Shown: positions 17,572 through 27,685, counted from the stretch's first letter. The stretch: 35,952 bases of DNA from Nitrospirae bacterium MYbin3 (GCA_002753335.1 PEAD01000029.1:1-35952); one strand, 5' to 3'. The notes: generated from the sequence alone by a model not told the origin. Numbers and translations: made by a program.

Positions 17572-18564
17572 ATGCTGAAGGTATCCGGTTTTAATGACTG
17601 GTTCTACCTCCAATGGCATATCACAGACTCCTGCAACCTGAGCTGCTCGCATTGCTACAATGCCTCTGTAAAAGCTGAGCCTGACATAACCCGCCTCTCT
17701 TCTGTTCTGGACAATTTCGTAAGTTTTCTTGGCCGCAATCGCCTAAAAGGCAGAATACATCTCTGCGGAGGAGAACCGTTTCGATCTAAACACCTTTTTT
17801 TTCTTCTCTCTGAAGCGTTAAAAAACTCTATGCCGGTCAGAATACTTTCGAATGGAACCTTGATAACACAAGCCATAGCAAAAAACCTTAAGAGCCATTC
17901 CTGCGAAACAGTTCAGATATCGGTGGAAGGCAGCGAGTCCATACATGATTCATTGCGTGGGCCTTCAAGCTTCTGTGATGCTATAAACGGCGCAGCACTC
18001 TTGAAAGAAAATAAGGTGCCGGTCACTTTTATGATGACCGTGTCAAAAAAAAATGCGGCATATATCGAAGACGCGGCAAAGCTTTCCGAAATTCATGCAA
18101 AACGCTTAGCATTCTCGAGGCTCGTGCCTATAGGTCTTGGGGCATCTATGATAAAAGATATGCTGACCCCAGTCGAAACCAAAAAAATCTTTAGAAGTTT
18201 TCATTCGCTCAAGAAAAAAAATAAATTTGAGATTCCTGTGAGAGACCCTCTGTGGCATGCCTATTTCAACAAATGTAATCCACATCTTATCAGCGGATGT
18301 TCAATAGGCTACAATGGTATTTGCGTGGACACGGACGGCTCTGTTTATCCATGCCGCCGCCTGCCCATAGTTATCGGCAATGCTTATAAAGATGATCTAA
18401 ATGATATTTGGAACTCACCACTGCTTGAAACATTGAGAGACAGGGATAAATTAAAAGGCAAATGCCGAAAATGCAGGCTGAGGTGGCAATGCGGAGGATG
18501 CAGGGCGGTTGCTAATGCAGTATCAGGAGATTGCTTGGCCGAAGACCCTCAGTGTTTTATGTAG
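17572..18564 (+). CDS. Radical SAM/SPASM domain protein (putative peptide/protein maturase)
   Basis: LQWHITDSCNLSCSHC (CxxxCxxC), GGEP, SNG, Q.S.EG, HD..RG; C-terminal C-x12-G-x4-C ... CxxC-x5-CxxC-x17-C SPASM array. No N-terminal extension that could hold an RRE. Confidence 0.92.
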   Translation: MLKVSGFNDWFYLQWHITDSCNLSCSHCYNASVKAEPDITRLSSVLDNFVSFLGRNRLKGRIHLCGGEPFRSKHLFFLLSEALKNSMPVRILSNGTLITQAIAKNLKSHSCETVQISVEGSESIHDSLRGPSSFCDAINGAALLKENKVPVTFMMTVSKKNAAYIEDAAKLSEIHAKRLAFSRLVPIGLGASMIKDMLTPVETKKIFRSFHSLKKKNKFEIPVRDPLWHAYFNKCNPHLISGCSIGYNGICVDTDGSVYPCRRLPIVIGNAYKDDLNDIWNSPLLETLRDRDKLKGKCRKCRLRWQCGGCRAVANAVSGDCLAEDPQCFM

Positions 18565-18584
18565 CCATGAATTCGTTTTATACC

Positions 18585-18616
18585 TTCATATTTTATTCAT
18601 AAATCTCTGCTAACAT
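18585..18616 (+). promoter_or_regulatory. Candidate regulator box (direct repeat) and extended -10 upstream of the efflux operon
   Basis: TTCATA at 18585 and 18596 (11 bp period), then TGcTAACAT at 18608-18616; GGAGG at 18635-18639. Confidence 0.4.
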
Positions 18617-18645
18617 TAAATCAAATAAATTAATGGAGGTTGCTG

Positions 18646-19035
18646 ATGAAAAAATTTGTATTCATAATTATTGCGGTACTGCTGGTTGCAGGAACCGCTT
18701 TTGCAAAGGACTTTGAAGTAAAGAAGAAAGCAGGAGATTATGATGTCGTAGTTAAAATTGACAAAAATCCTCCTGTGGTCGGAACCAATAATGTAACGGC
18801 AGAGATTAAAGATGCAGCAGGAAAGCCTGTTACAGATGCCAAGGTGGTGGTGGATTATTCAATGCCTGCTATGCCGGGTATGCCGCCAATGAATTACAAA
18901 GCAAACGCCAAATTAAGCGGTGAAGTTTATAAGGCAACAATGAACCTTTCTATGGGCGGGCCATGGAACATAGCCATAAAAATATCAAAAGGCGGAAAGA
19001 CTTCTTCCGCTAAATTTAATATAGACGTGCAGTAG
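18646..19035 (+). CDS. Secreted FixH/YtkA-like protein with Met-rich motif
   Basis: Signal peptide (AFA); G.N...I.D..GKPVTDA.V...YSMPAMPGMPPM...Y...LSM.G.W. ATG 18646 fits the GGAGG spacing better than TTG 18640. Confidence 0.8.
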   Translation: MKKFVFIIIAVLLVAGTAFAKDFEVKKKAGDYDVVVKIDKNPPVVGTNNVTAEIKDAAGKPVTDAKVVVDYSMPAMPGMPPMNYKANAKLSGEVYKATMNLSMGGPWNIAIKISKGGKTSSAKFNIDVQ

Positions 19036-19039
19036 ATAA

Positions 19040-20350
19040 ATGATGCTTCCCCCCACAAAGCAGATGAAACGCAGTCCCCTCCCCAATCTGCGTTTCGTCT
19101 GCTCTTTTATTTTTATTTTTTTCTTAATTGCATCTGTTGTTTCAGCAGACGAATTAAAACTACAAGAACTTATAAATGATGCCCTCTCTAAAAATCCGGA
19201 GATATTGGCTTACCAGGCCAGATTAGCCGGGGCCGCCTTTAAGATACCTCAGGCAGAAGCCCTGCCCGACCCGATGCTGTCTTTCGGTTATCAGAATGAA
19301 GGGTTCAAAAGATATACCTACGGTTATGAGCAGGGAGCCCAGTGGATGCTTTCGGCATCTCAAACCTACCCTTATCCGGGCAAAATTCCTCTTAGAACAG
19401 ACATCGCCTCAAAAGACAGAGAAGCGCTGGAGAGAAGCCTGAAAGCGGTCCGTTTAAAAACTATCGTGCGTGTCAAAGAACTCTATGCGGATATTTTCCT
19501 TGCTTATAAAAATCTGGACATAATTAAGGACAGAGCTGCTTTAATAGCACGAATCGAGGATGCAGCTCTCGCACGCTACTCCTCGGGCGTCTCAGAAGTT
19601 CAGGATGCGGTGACTGCGCAAACCGAAAAATATATGCTGCTCGAACGAGAAGAGATGCTCAGACAAAAAATAAATGCGCTCGAAGGCATGATTAATGCGG
19701 TTTCCGGCCGTGATATAAGCGCCCCTATAGGCAAACCCGGAGAATATAACGTATCTCAATACTCAAAAACGCTAGACGAAATAATAAAAACTGCCTATTC
19801 TAATTCACCAGAAATCAAATCTAGAGAGAGTTCGATTTCTGTGTCCGAGAAAAAAGTGGAATTGGCAAAAAAGGACTTCTACCCTGACTTCACTCTCAAC
19901 GCAGGCTATGCCACAAGACGGGGAGTGTTTAAAGATATGTGGAATCTTACAACAACCATAAATGTCCCTCTTTATCATGAAAAAAAGCAAAAACAGGCTG
20001 TCAACGAGGCTGAAGCGGCAACACGAGAGAACAGATACGAACTTGAAGCCCTGAAATTCATGCTATCGTCTTCTATAAGGGAGAACCATGCGATGATAAC
20101 CTCGGCAGAAAAGCTTATGGAACTCTATAAAAAGGGGCTAATACCTAAAGCGTATCAGGACTTTGACTTGGCGCTGGCGGGCTATGTTTCTGGCAAAGGG
20201 GATGCCTCATCTATAATAAGCAGGCTTAAGTCCCTTATCGATTATGAAACTCTTTACTGGAACCAGTTTATCGAGAGAGAAAAAGCGATTGCACGGATAG
20301 AAGCGGTCTCGGGCATATCAGACATGGAATCGAAGGGGAATCAAAAATGA
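19040..20350 (+). CDS. TolC-family outer membrane factor of heavy-metal RND system (CusC-like)
   Basis: L.ELI..AL..NPEI, LPDP.L, Q..P.PGK, YPDF.L, N.PL; position before adaptor and RND genes. Exact start uncertain. Confidence 0.88.
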   Translation: MMLPPTKQMKRSPLPNLRFVCSFIFIFFLIASVVSADELKLQELINDALSKNPEILAYQARLAGAAFKIPQAEALPDPMLSFGYQNEGFKRYTYGYEQGAQWMLSASQTYPYPGKIPLRTDIASKDREALERSLKAVRLKTIVRVKELYADIFLAYKNLDIIKDRAALIARIEDAALARYSSGVSEVQDAVTAQTEKYMLLEREEMLRQKINALEGMINAVSGRDISAPIGKPGEYNVSQYSKTLDEIIKTAYSNSPEIKSRESSISVSEKKVELAKKDFYPDFTLNAGYATRRGVFKDMWNLTTTINVPLYHEKKQKQAVNEAEAATRENRYELEALKFMLSSSIRENHAMITSAEKLMELYKKGLIPKAYQDFDLALAGYVSGKGDASSIISRLKSLIDYETLYWNQFIEREKAIARIEAVSGISDMESKGNQK

Positions 20351-21528
20351 GAAAAAATATAGTGATATTAATTGCTGGAGCATTTCTGGCAGCAGGCTTG
20401 TCGTTCTTTCTTACGAAATCGAATCTGCTTAAAAACGTCTATAAGAATACTGATACAGCATCACACCAAAGCAATACCACACAGGCCAATGACAATACAT
20501 CTTCATCGGAAGCGCCTTTGGTAGAGATATCTGCAGATAAACAGCAGTTGATAGGCGTAAGGACTTATGTAGCCAATATGCAGCCGATGGGCAAAACCAT
20601 CAGGTCGGTGGGCAAAATCGAATACGATGAGAGGAAACTTTCGACCGTCAATTCAAAACTGGAAGGATGGATAGAGTCCCTGCATGTGGATTACACCGGC
20701 AGGCTGGTAAAAAAAGGAGAGCCCCTTGCCGAGATTTACAGCCCTGAACTGATGGCCACACAGCAGGAATATCTCAATGTGCTGAAATGGACTTCACAAA
20801 AACGTGATGAAGGCATCGCTAAGATGCTGGCAAAAGATGCTGACGCAATCCTTGAGGCGGCCAGGAACCGCTTGAAGCTCAAGGATATCAGCGATGAGCA
20901 GATCAAAAACATAGAGACCACAGGCAAGCCTATCAGAACTTTTACGGTTTATAGCCCCTCCAGCGGATATGTGGTGCAAAAAAACGCATTGCGGGGCATG
21001 AAGATAACAGCAGGCGAAAAACTGTTTGATGTTGCAGACATATCGACTCTCTGGATAGTTGCGGATATTTACGAATATGAACTACCTATGATAAGAATCG
21101 GACAGACCGCACAAATAAGCATAAACTCTCTGCCGGGCAAGATTTTCAGCTCAAAAATAGATTATGTTTATCCGTCTCTTTCTGGTGACACAAGAACAGC
21201 AAAAGTAAGATTCACTATACCGAATATTTCAGAAGCTCTCAAGCCACAGATGTTCACGAACATTGAGATCAAGATCGAAATGGGGAAGCGGCTACTCGTT
21301 CCTGATGATGCTGTCATAGACACCGGTGTGCGGCAGATTATCTATGTTGATAAAGGCGATGGCTATTTTGAACCTCGCGAAGTCACCATAGGCCTTAAAT
21401 CAGACGGCATGACCGAAATCACAAGGGGTTTGACATCGGGAGAAAAAGTTGCATCTTCCGCAAACTTCCTTATAGATTCAGAGGCTCAACTCAAAGGCGT
21501 TAAACCGCTCGGCAGCCACAAGCACTGA
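20347..21528 (+). CDS. RND periplasmic adaptor subunit (CusB-like)
   Basis: GWIE.L....G..VKKGEPL..IYSPEL..Q.EYL, LW..A..YE, LKP.MF, F.PREV..G, FLIDSE. Confidence 0.93.
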   Translation: MRKNIVILIAGAFLAAGLSFFLTKSNLLKNVYKNTDTASHQSNTTQANDNTSSSEAPLVEISADKQQLIGVRTYVANMQPMGKTIRSVGKIEYDERKLSTVNSKLEGWIESLHVDYTGRLVKKGEPLAEIYSPELMATQQEYLNVLKWTSQKRDEGIAKMLAKDADAILEAARNRLKLKDISDEQIKNIETTGKPIRTFTVYSPSSGYVVQKNALRGMKITAGEKLFDVADISTLWIVADIYEYELPMIRIGQTAQISINSLPGKIFSSKIDYVYPSLSGDTRTAKVRFTIPNISEALKPQMFTNIEIKIEMGKRLLVPDDAVIDTGVRQIIYVDKGDGYFEPREVTIGLKSDGMTEITRGLTSGEKVASSANFLIDSEAQLKGVKPLGSHKH

Positions 21529-21536
21529 CAACAGTT

Positions 21537-24500
21537 ATGATCGCAAGAATAATCGAGTTCAGCGCCAAGAACAAGTTTATCGTTTTTCTGCTCGTATCAT
21601 TTCTTACGCTCTGGGGTTGGTGGGCGCTAAAGCAGACGCCTCTTGATGCAATTCCCGACCTGAGCGATACACAAGTCATCATCTACACAGAATGGGCAGG
21701 CAGAAGCCCTGACCTTGTTGAAGACCAGATAACCTACCCTATAACCTCAACCCTTTTAGCCGCGCCAAAAGTTCAGGTAGTACGCGGATTCTCTTTCTTG
21801 GGCAGTTCCTTCATCTATGTTATTTTTGAGGAGGGAACAAATATTTACTGGGCAAGAAGCCGCGTGCTCGAATATCTTCAGGCGGTAAAAAGCAAGATAC
21901 CTGCTGATGTGAACCCAGTGCTCGGCCCTGATGCAACAAGCGTTGGCTGGGGTTTTTCTTATGCGCTCATTGATGAGACAGGACAGCACGATCTGTCACA
22001 GCTGCGTTCGCTGCAGGATTACAATGTCAAGCTGGCGCTCGAAAGCGTGCCCGGAGTTTCTCAGGTGGCGAGCATAGGCGGTTTTGTAAAGCAATACCAG
22101 GTGACCATAGACCCGAACAGACTGCTCGCTTACAATCTATCGCTTCCGAAAGTTATGGATGCGATAAGAAAAAGCAATCGAGACGTCGAAGGCCGGGTGC
22201 TTGAGTTTTCTGGCATCGAATATATGGTCAGAGGCAGAGGCTACATAAAGAATATTAAAGACCTCGAATACATACCTGTTGCTACAAACAATGCCGGAAC
22301 CCCTGTGCTGCTTAGGGATATTGCGAATATCCAGCTTGGCCCAGAAATAAGGCGAGGCATAGCTGACATTGATGGTAAAGGCGAAGTGGCAGGCGGCATA
22401 GTTGTTGTTCGATTTGGTGAAAATGTGCTCGACGTAATCGAAAGGGTCAAAGAGAGAATAAAAAAAGACATATCGCCAAGCCTGCCTAAAGGAGTGCATG
22501 TAGTAACAACCTATGACAGATCTGATTTAATACTCAACTCGATCGGCACACTTAAGGAAGAGATAATCAAGCTGTCTCTGGCGGTTGGCGCGGTATGCAT
22601 TGTGTTTCTCTTCCATCTTCCTAGCGCACTTGTTGTAATACTCACACTGCCTATAGCGATAATCATTTCCTTTATCTGCATGTATTACTTAGGCGTAACC
22701 TCAAATATTATGAGCCTTAGCGGAATAGCCATCGCTGTTGGTGCGATGGTGGACGCCTCTATAATAATGGTCGAAAATGCCCACAAAAAGCTTGAAGAAT
22801 GGGAGGCAGGAGGCAGGCAGGGCAGCCGCACTGATGTGATAATCGAGGCTGCCAAAGAGGTGGGCCCTTCCCTCTTCTTTTCGCTTTTAGTTATCACCGT
22901 AGGATTTCTGCCTGTGTTCACGCTTCAGGCTCAGGCCGGAAGACTATTCAAGCCTCTCGCTTTTACAAAAACCTTCGCGATGCTGTTTTCGTCATTCTTG
23001 GCCGTGACTCTTACACCGGTATTGATGACGCTTCTGATTAAGGGCAAAATTCATTCAGAAGAAAAAAATCCGATAAGCTTAATTCTGCATAAAATTTACG
23101 AGCCGGTTGCAAAACTATCATTAAGATTCAAATGGAGCGTCATAATTATCGCGATTGTAATAATGGCCGCCACTGTATATCCGTTCATGAAGTTAGGCTC
23201 CGAGTTCATGCCTCCGCTCTATGAAGGCACGCTCTTCTATATGCCAGTAACGGTGCCTGCAGCCTCTATTTCTGAGGCATCCAAGCTGCTCCAGCTTCAG
23301 GACAAGCTGCTAAAAAAGATACCCGAAGTTTCTCAAGTCTTCGGCAAAGCAGGCCGAGCCGAGACAGCAACCGACCCAGCACCGCTCGAAATGTTCGAGA
23401 CCGTTATAAACCTTAAGCCAGAATCCCAATGGCGTCCAGGCACGACCATCGAATCACTGAAATCAGAGATGAATGACGCACTGACAATACCGGGCGTGGC
23501 CAATTCATTCACTATGCCTATAAAAGCCAGAATTGATATGCTTTCTACCGGCATAAGAACGCCTGTCGGAATAAAAGTTTTGGGGGCAGACCTAAATGTC
23601 ATAGAAAAGATAGGTCTTGATGTTGAGAATATTGTAAAAGATATTCCGGGCACAAGAAGCGCCTATGCAGAAAGAGTGACAACAGGATATTTCCTCGACT
23701 TTTCTGTAAAACGTGATGAAGCGGCGAGGTATGGATTGACTGTCGACGATGTTCAGGAAATCATACAGGCAGCCGTAGGAGGAATGAATCTGACCATCAC
23801 CGTTGAAGGCAGGGAGAGGTACCCTGTAAATGTGCGTTATTCGAGGGAGCTCAGAAATGATATCGAGCGCCTAAAAAGAATCCCTGTGCCTGTCATGGGA
23901 GCTCAACAGGTTGTTATGGGTGGAAATGGGCAGACCTCTCCGGGGCAGTTGCTTCAGGTGCCATTAAGCGAGCTTGCAGAAATAAAAATTGTAAAAGGCC
24001 CCACAGGCATTAAAAGCGAGGAGGGTCTTCTCACCTCGTATGTATATATCGATTTTGCAGGCAGAGATGTTGGCGGTTATGTGGAAGAGGCCAAGAAAAA
24101 AGTCTCTGCACTGAATATACCGAGCGGCTACCGCCTTGAATGGAGCGGCGAGTATGAATATCTCGTAAAAACCCATGAACGGCTGAAGCTAGTGATACCT
24201 TTAACTCTTGCGGTAATTTTTGTGCTCATTTACCTGAACACAAAATCTGTTACAAAAACCTTTATAGTCCTGCTTGCGGTGCCGTTCTCGCTCGTAGGCT
24301 CCTTCTGGTTCTTGTACATTCTCAACTACAACATGAGCATAGCGGTGTGGGTCGGAATGATCGCCCTTGCAGGCCTCGACGCAGAAACAGGCGTGGTGAT
24401 GCTTCTCTATCTTGACCTTGCTTATGAAAAATGGAAAAAAGAGGGGAAACTGAACACCATTAGCGACCTCAGAGAAGCGGTAATGTACGGCGCCGTAAAG

Positions 24501-24701
24501 AGGATAAGACCCAAAATTATGACAGTGAGCGTTATACTTGCAGGCTTGATACCGATAATGTACAGCCACGGCGCTGGTTCGGATGTCATGAAAAGAATAG
24601 CAGCGCCGATGATAGGCGGCGTAGTGACCTCCACTATGCTCGAACTCATCATATATCCTGCAATCTATATGATCTGGAAAAGCAGGGAGTTAAAGGATTA
24701 G
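21537..24701 (+). CDS. cusA: CusA-type heavy-metal (Cu+/Ag+) efflux RND permease
   Basis: LDAIPDLSD.QVI, LGPDAT.VGW, GAMVDA, R.RPKIMT; Met residues at the CusA metal-site positions in EFMPPL, LEMFET, IDMLSTG. Confidence 0.93.
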   Translation: MIARIIEFSAKNKFIVFLLVSFLTLWGWWALKQTPLDAIPDLSDTQVIIYTEWAGRSPDLVEDQITYPITSTLLAAPKVQVVRGFSFLGSSFIYVIFEEGTNIYWARSRVLEYLQAVKSKIPADVNPVLGPDATSVGWGFSYALIDETGQHDLSQLRSLQDYNVKLALESVPGVSQVASIGGFVKQYQVTIDPNRLLAYNLSLPKVMDAIRKSNRDVEGRVLEFSGIEYMVRGRGYIKNIKDLEYIPVATNNAGTPVLLRDIANIQLGPEIRRGIADIDGKGEVAGGIVVVRFGENVLDVIERVKERIKKDISPSLPKGVHVVTTYDRSDLILNSIGTLKEEIIKLSLAVGAVCIVFLFHLPSALVVILTLPIAIIISFICMYYLGVTSNIMSLSGIAIAVGAMVDASIIMVENAHKKLEEWEAGGRQGSRTDVIIEAAKEVGPSLFFSLLVITVGFLPVFTLQAQAGRLFKPLAFTKTFAMLFSSFLAVTLTPVLMTLLIKGKIHSEEKNPISLILHKIYEPVAKLSLRFKWSVIIIAIVIMAATVYPFMKLGSEFMPPLYEGTLFYMPVTVPAASISEASKLLQLQDKLLKKIPEVSQVFGKAGRAETATDPAPLEMFETVINLKPESQWRPGTTIESLKSEMNDALTIPGVANSFTMPIKARIDMLSTGIRTPVGIKVLGADLNVIEKIGLDVENIVKDIPGTRSAYAERVTTGYFLDFSVKRDEAARYGLTVDDVQEIIQAAVGGMNLTITVEGRERYPVNVRYSRELRNDIERLKRIPVPVMGAQQVVMGGNGQTSPGQLLQVPLSELAEIKIVKGPTGIKSEEGLLTSYVYIDFAGRDVGGYVEEAKKKVSALNIPSGYRLEWSGEYEYLVKTHERLKLVIPLTLAVIFVLIYLNTKSVTKTFIVLLAVPFSLVGSFWFLYILNYNMSIAVWVGMIALAGLDAETGVVMLLYLDLAYEKWKKEGKLNTISDLREAVMYGAVKRIRPKIMTVSVILAGLIPIMYSHGAGSDVMKRIAAPMIGGVVTSTMLELIIYPAIYMIWKSRELKD

Positions 24702-24743
24702 AATTCAGCTCCTGAAGGCTGTCGTATCAAGACCTTCTTTTTC

Positions 24744-24773
24744 TTGCCAAATATTCTGCCGGAGTGATAAAAT
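24744..24773 (+). promoter_or_regulatory. Sigma70-type promoter for gatAB
   Basis: TTGCCA (24744-24749), 18 nt spacer, TG-a-TAAAAT extended -10 (hexamer 24768-24773); GGAGG at 24796-24800. Confidence 0.6.
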
Positions 24774-24806
24774 TTCATTCGTTCTTAATCAACACGGAGG
24801 AAACCC

Positions 24807-26261
24807 TTGAAGCTTAATGAAATGACCATAACCGGCCTGCGCAATTTACTCGACAAAAAAGAGATCCGGCCGTCAGAAATCTTGGACGATGTTTACGCAA
24901 GAATTGAAGAGGTTGAGGACAAGATTCATGCGTACCTTATCACCACAAAAGAGCAGGCTTATAAAACCGCAGCAGAAGCCGAAAAAACGATCATAGAAAA
25001 CAAGACCGCGCTTCTCACAGGCATTCCAATAGCGGTAAAAGACAATATGTGCACCGAGGGAATACTCACAACCTGCGGATCAAAGATTCTCTATAATTTC
25101 ATCCCGCCTTACGAAAGCACAGTTACTGCAAGAATGAAAGCACAGCATTATCTTCTTACAGGCAAAACCAATATGGATGAGTTTGCGATGGGCTCATCAA
25201 CCGAAAACTCGGCATATTATCCTTCCAAAAATCCTTGGGACACAGGATGCGTGCCGGGCGGAAGCAGTGGTGGGTCAGCCGCAGCAGTTGCCGCCGATGA
25301 ATGTATTGCGGCAATAGGTTCGGATACAGGAGGCTCAATACGGCAGCCCGCCTCGCTTTGCGGAGTGGTCGGGTTAAAGCCCACTTACGGAGCGGTTTCG
25401 CGCTACGGCCTTGTAGCGTTCGCCTCGTCGCTGGACCAGATAGGCCCGCTGACAAAAACTGTTGCGGACTCCGCACTGCTTTTAAATGTCATAGGGGGTC
25501 ATGACCCCAAAGATTCGACATCCGCTCCCGGTGAAATAAAGGACTTCACAAAAGTAATCGGACAGGATATAAAGGGAATGCGGATAGGCATACCTGAAGA
25601 GTATTTCATCAAAGGGCTCGACAGCGATGTGGAAGCCTCAGTAAAAGATGCCCTAAAAAAACTTGAAGCTCTCGGTGCGGTACCTGTTGAAATCTCACTT
25701 CCACATACCGAATATGCGGTCGCAACATACTATGTCATCGCCACATCCGAAGCATCATCAAATTTGGCACGATACGACGGAGTGAAATACGGCTTCAGGC
25801 GTGATGGAAAAGACCTTCTCGATATGTACATGAAAACTAGAGCTGAAGGCTTCGGCCCCGAAGTAAAAAGACGAATAATGCTCGGCACATTTGCGCTTTC
25901 GTCCGGATATTACGATGCATATTACCGTAAGGCCCAACAGGTAAGGACTTTATTAAAAACCGATTTTGAAAAAGCGTTCGAGAAAGTTGACATAATAGCT
26001 ACTCCGACAGCCCCTACTACGGCATTCAGGTTCGGCGAGAAAACCACAGATCCTCTGCAGATGTATCTTTCTGACATATTCACCATCTCTGTAAACCTTG
26101 CGGGAGTCCCGGCTATATCTGTGCCCTGCGGGTTCTCGGCAAAAAGAATGCCTATAGGGCTTCAGTTGATAGGGAAGCATTTCGATGAGGCATCAATTCT
26201 CAAAGCCGCTTACGCCTTTGAGCAGAGCACCGAATGGCACTTAAGGAAACCAACCCTATGA
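24807..26261 (+). CDS. gatA: Asp-tRNA(Asn)/Glu-tRNA(Gln) amidotransferase subunit A
   Basis: TTG start; [54 protein letters not shown]. Confidence 0.97.
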   Translation: MKLNEMTITGLRNLLDKKEIRPSEILDDVYARIEEVEDKIHAYLITTKEQAYKTAAEAEKTIIENKTALLTGIPIAVKDNMCTEGILTTCGSKILYNFIPPYESTVTARMKAQHYLLTGKTNMDEFAMGSSTENSAYYPSKNPWDTGCVPGGSSGGSAAAVAADECIAAIGSDTGGSIRQPASLCGVVGLKPTYGAVSRYGLVAFASSLDQIGPLTKTVADSALLLNVIGGHDPKDSTSAPGEIKDFTKVIGQDIKGMRIGIPEEYFIKGLDSDVEASVKDALKKLEALGAVPVEISLPHTEYAVATYYVIATSEASSNLARYDGVKYGFRRDGKDLLDMYMKTRAEGFGPEVKRRIMLGTFALSSGYYDAYYRKAQQVRTLLKTDFEKAFEKVDIIATPTAPTTAFRFGEKTTDPLQMYLSDIFTISVNLAGVPAISVPCGFSAKRMPIGLQLIGKHFDEASILKAAYAFEQSTEWHLRKPTL

Positions 26262-27685
26262 AATACGAAGCCGTAATAGGACTTGAAGTCCACGCGCAGA
26301 TGGCCACAGACACAAAGATTTTTTGCGGATGCTCAACAAAATTCGGCTCAGAGCCTAATTCACAGACCTGCCCTGTCTGCATCGGCATGCCAGGAGTTCT
26401 GCCTGTTCTGAACAAAAAAGCTGTTGAGTGTGCGATAAAAACAGGGTTAGCGGTTCAATCCAAAATCTCGGCATACAGCCGTTTTGCACGAAAGAACTAC
26501 TTTTATCCTGACCTGCCGAAGGGTTATCAGGTCAGCCAGTACGAACTGCCTATATGCGAGGGCGGCCACATAGAAATCGTGATTGATGGTGAAGTGAAAA
26601 GAATCGGCCTGACCCGCATACACATGGAAGAAGATGCAGGCAAAAACATCCATGAAGGCGGCGGTCCTTACAGCTTTGTTGACCTTAACAGAACCGGAGT
26701 TCCTCTGATGGAGATTGTTTCTGAACCGGACATCAGAACTCCGGCAGAAGCTGCCGCATACATGAAAAAGCTGAGGGCGATACTCAGGTATCTCGAAGTT
26801 TGCGACGGCAACATGGAGCAGGGCTCGTTGCGCTGCGACGCCAATGTTTCGGTCAGACCTATCGGCCAGAAAGAGCTAGGCGTGAAGGTCGAACTGAAAA
26901 ATATTAATTCATTCCGTTATGTAGAAAAGGCTCTTGAATATGAGATAAAGAGGCAGATAAATGTTATAGAGAGCGGCGGAAAGATTGTTCAGGAAACAAG
27001 GCTTTTTGATTCATCAACAGGAGTCACCCAGTCCATGCGGTCAAAAGAAGAAGCGCATGACTACCGCTATTTTCCTGAGCCGGACCTCGTACCCATAGTC
27101 CCATCAGAAGCATGGATCGAGAAAATAAGGCAGGCTCTAACAGAACTCCCGGACGCAAAAAGAGAGAGGTTCGTAACAAAATACAGCCTTCCTGAATATG
27201 ATGCAGAGCTGCTTACAACAGATAAGACAGTGGCCGACTGGTACGAAACCGCAGTCTTGGCAGGAGGCCAGCCAAAAGCGGTATCAAACTGGATGATGGG
27301 TGAACTTACTAAAATGCTGAACGACGAGAACAAGTCAATAGAAAATTGCCCCATAAAACCGGAACACCTGGCCGGGATGCTCAAACTCATAGACAACGGC
27401 ACAATCAGCGGTAAAATAGCCAAGACCGTTTTCGAAGAAATGTATAAAACAGGCAAGAACGCTGATGCAGTAGTCAAAGAAAAAGGTCTTGTGCAGATAA
27501 GCGATGAAGGAGCAATAGAGAAAGCGGTGGATGAAGTCCTCTCAAAAAGCGCTCAAGAAATTGAACGTTTTAAGGCCGGGGATGAAAAGCTTATGGGCTT
27601 TTTTGTGGGGCAGGTTATGAAAGCAACCAAAGGCAAGGCAAACCCGCAGATGCTTAATGAGCTGCTGCGAAAAAAACTAAGCTGA
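26258..27685 (+). CDS. gatB: Asp-tRNA(Asn)/Glu-tRNA(Gln) amidotransferase subunit B
   Basis: [66 protein letters not shown] 26258 overlaps the gatA stop. Confidence 0.97.
   Translation: MKYEAVIGLEVHAQMATDTKIFCGCSTKFGSEPNSQTCPVCIGMPGVLPVLNKKAVECAIKTGLAVQSKISAYSRFARKNYFYPDLPKGYQVSQYELPICEGGHIEIVIDGEVKRIGLTRIHMEEDAGKNIHEGGGPYSFVDLNRTGVPLMEIVSEPDIRTPAEAAAYMKKLRAILRYLEVCDGNMEQGSLRCDANVSVRPIGQKELGVKVELKNINSFRYVEKALEYEIKRQINVIESGGKIVQETRLFDSSTGVTQSMRSKEEAHDYRYFPEPDLVPIVPSEAWIEKIRQALTELPDAKRERFVTKYSLPEYDAELLTTDKTVADWYETAVLAGGQPKAVSNWMMGELTKMLNDENKSIENCPIKPEHLAGMLKLIDNGTISGKIAKTVFEEMYKTGKNADAVVKEKGLVQISDEGAIEKAVDEVLSKSAQEIERFKAGDEKLMGFFVGQVMKATKGKANPQMLNELLRKKLS

Noticed and set aside
17572..18564. 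Radical SAM protein as heme biosynthesis AhbC/AhbD, NirJ or PqqE
   Set aside because: No ahb, nir or pqq genes are nearby, and the LQWHIT motif looks more like peptide-maturase families by my recollection. Not excluded without a phylogeny.
18567..18602. 11-codon ORF MNSFYTFIFYS after the radical SAM gene as a precursor peptide
   Set aside because: No RBS, no Cys, no leader-like part; it lies within AT-rich putative promoter DNA.
15018..24701. Genomic island or mobile element carrying the channel, rSAM pair and efflux operon
   Set aside because: No integrase, transposase, tRNA or flanking direct repeats seen; any compositional shift could not be quantified by eye.
24704..24742. Intrinsic terminator after cusA
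   Set aside because: Only a 5-bp stem (TTCAG/CTGAA), not adjacent to the T-run; too weak to call.
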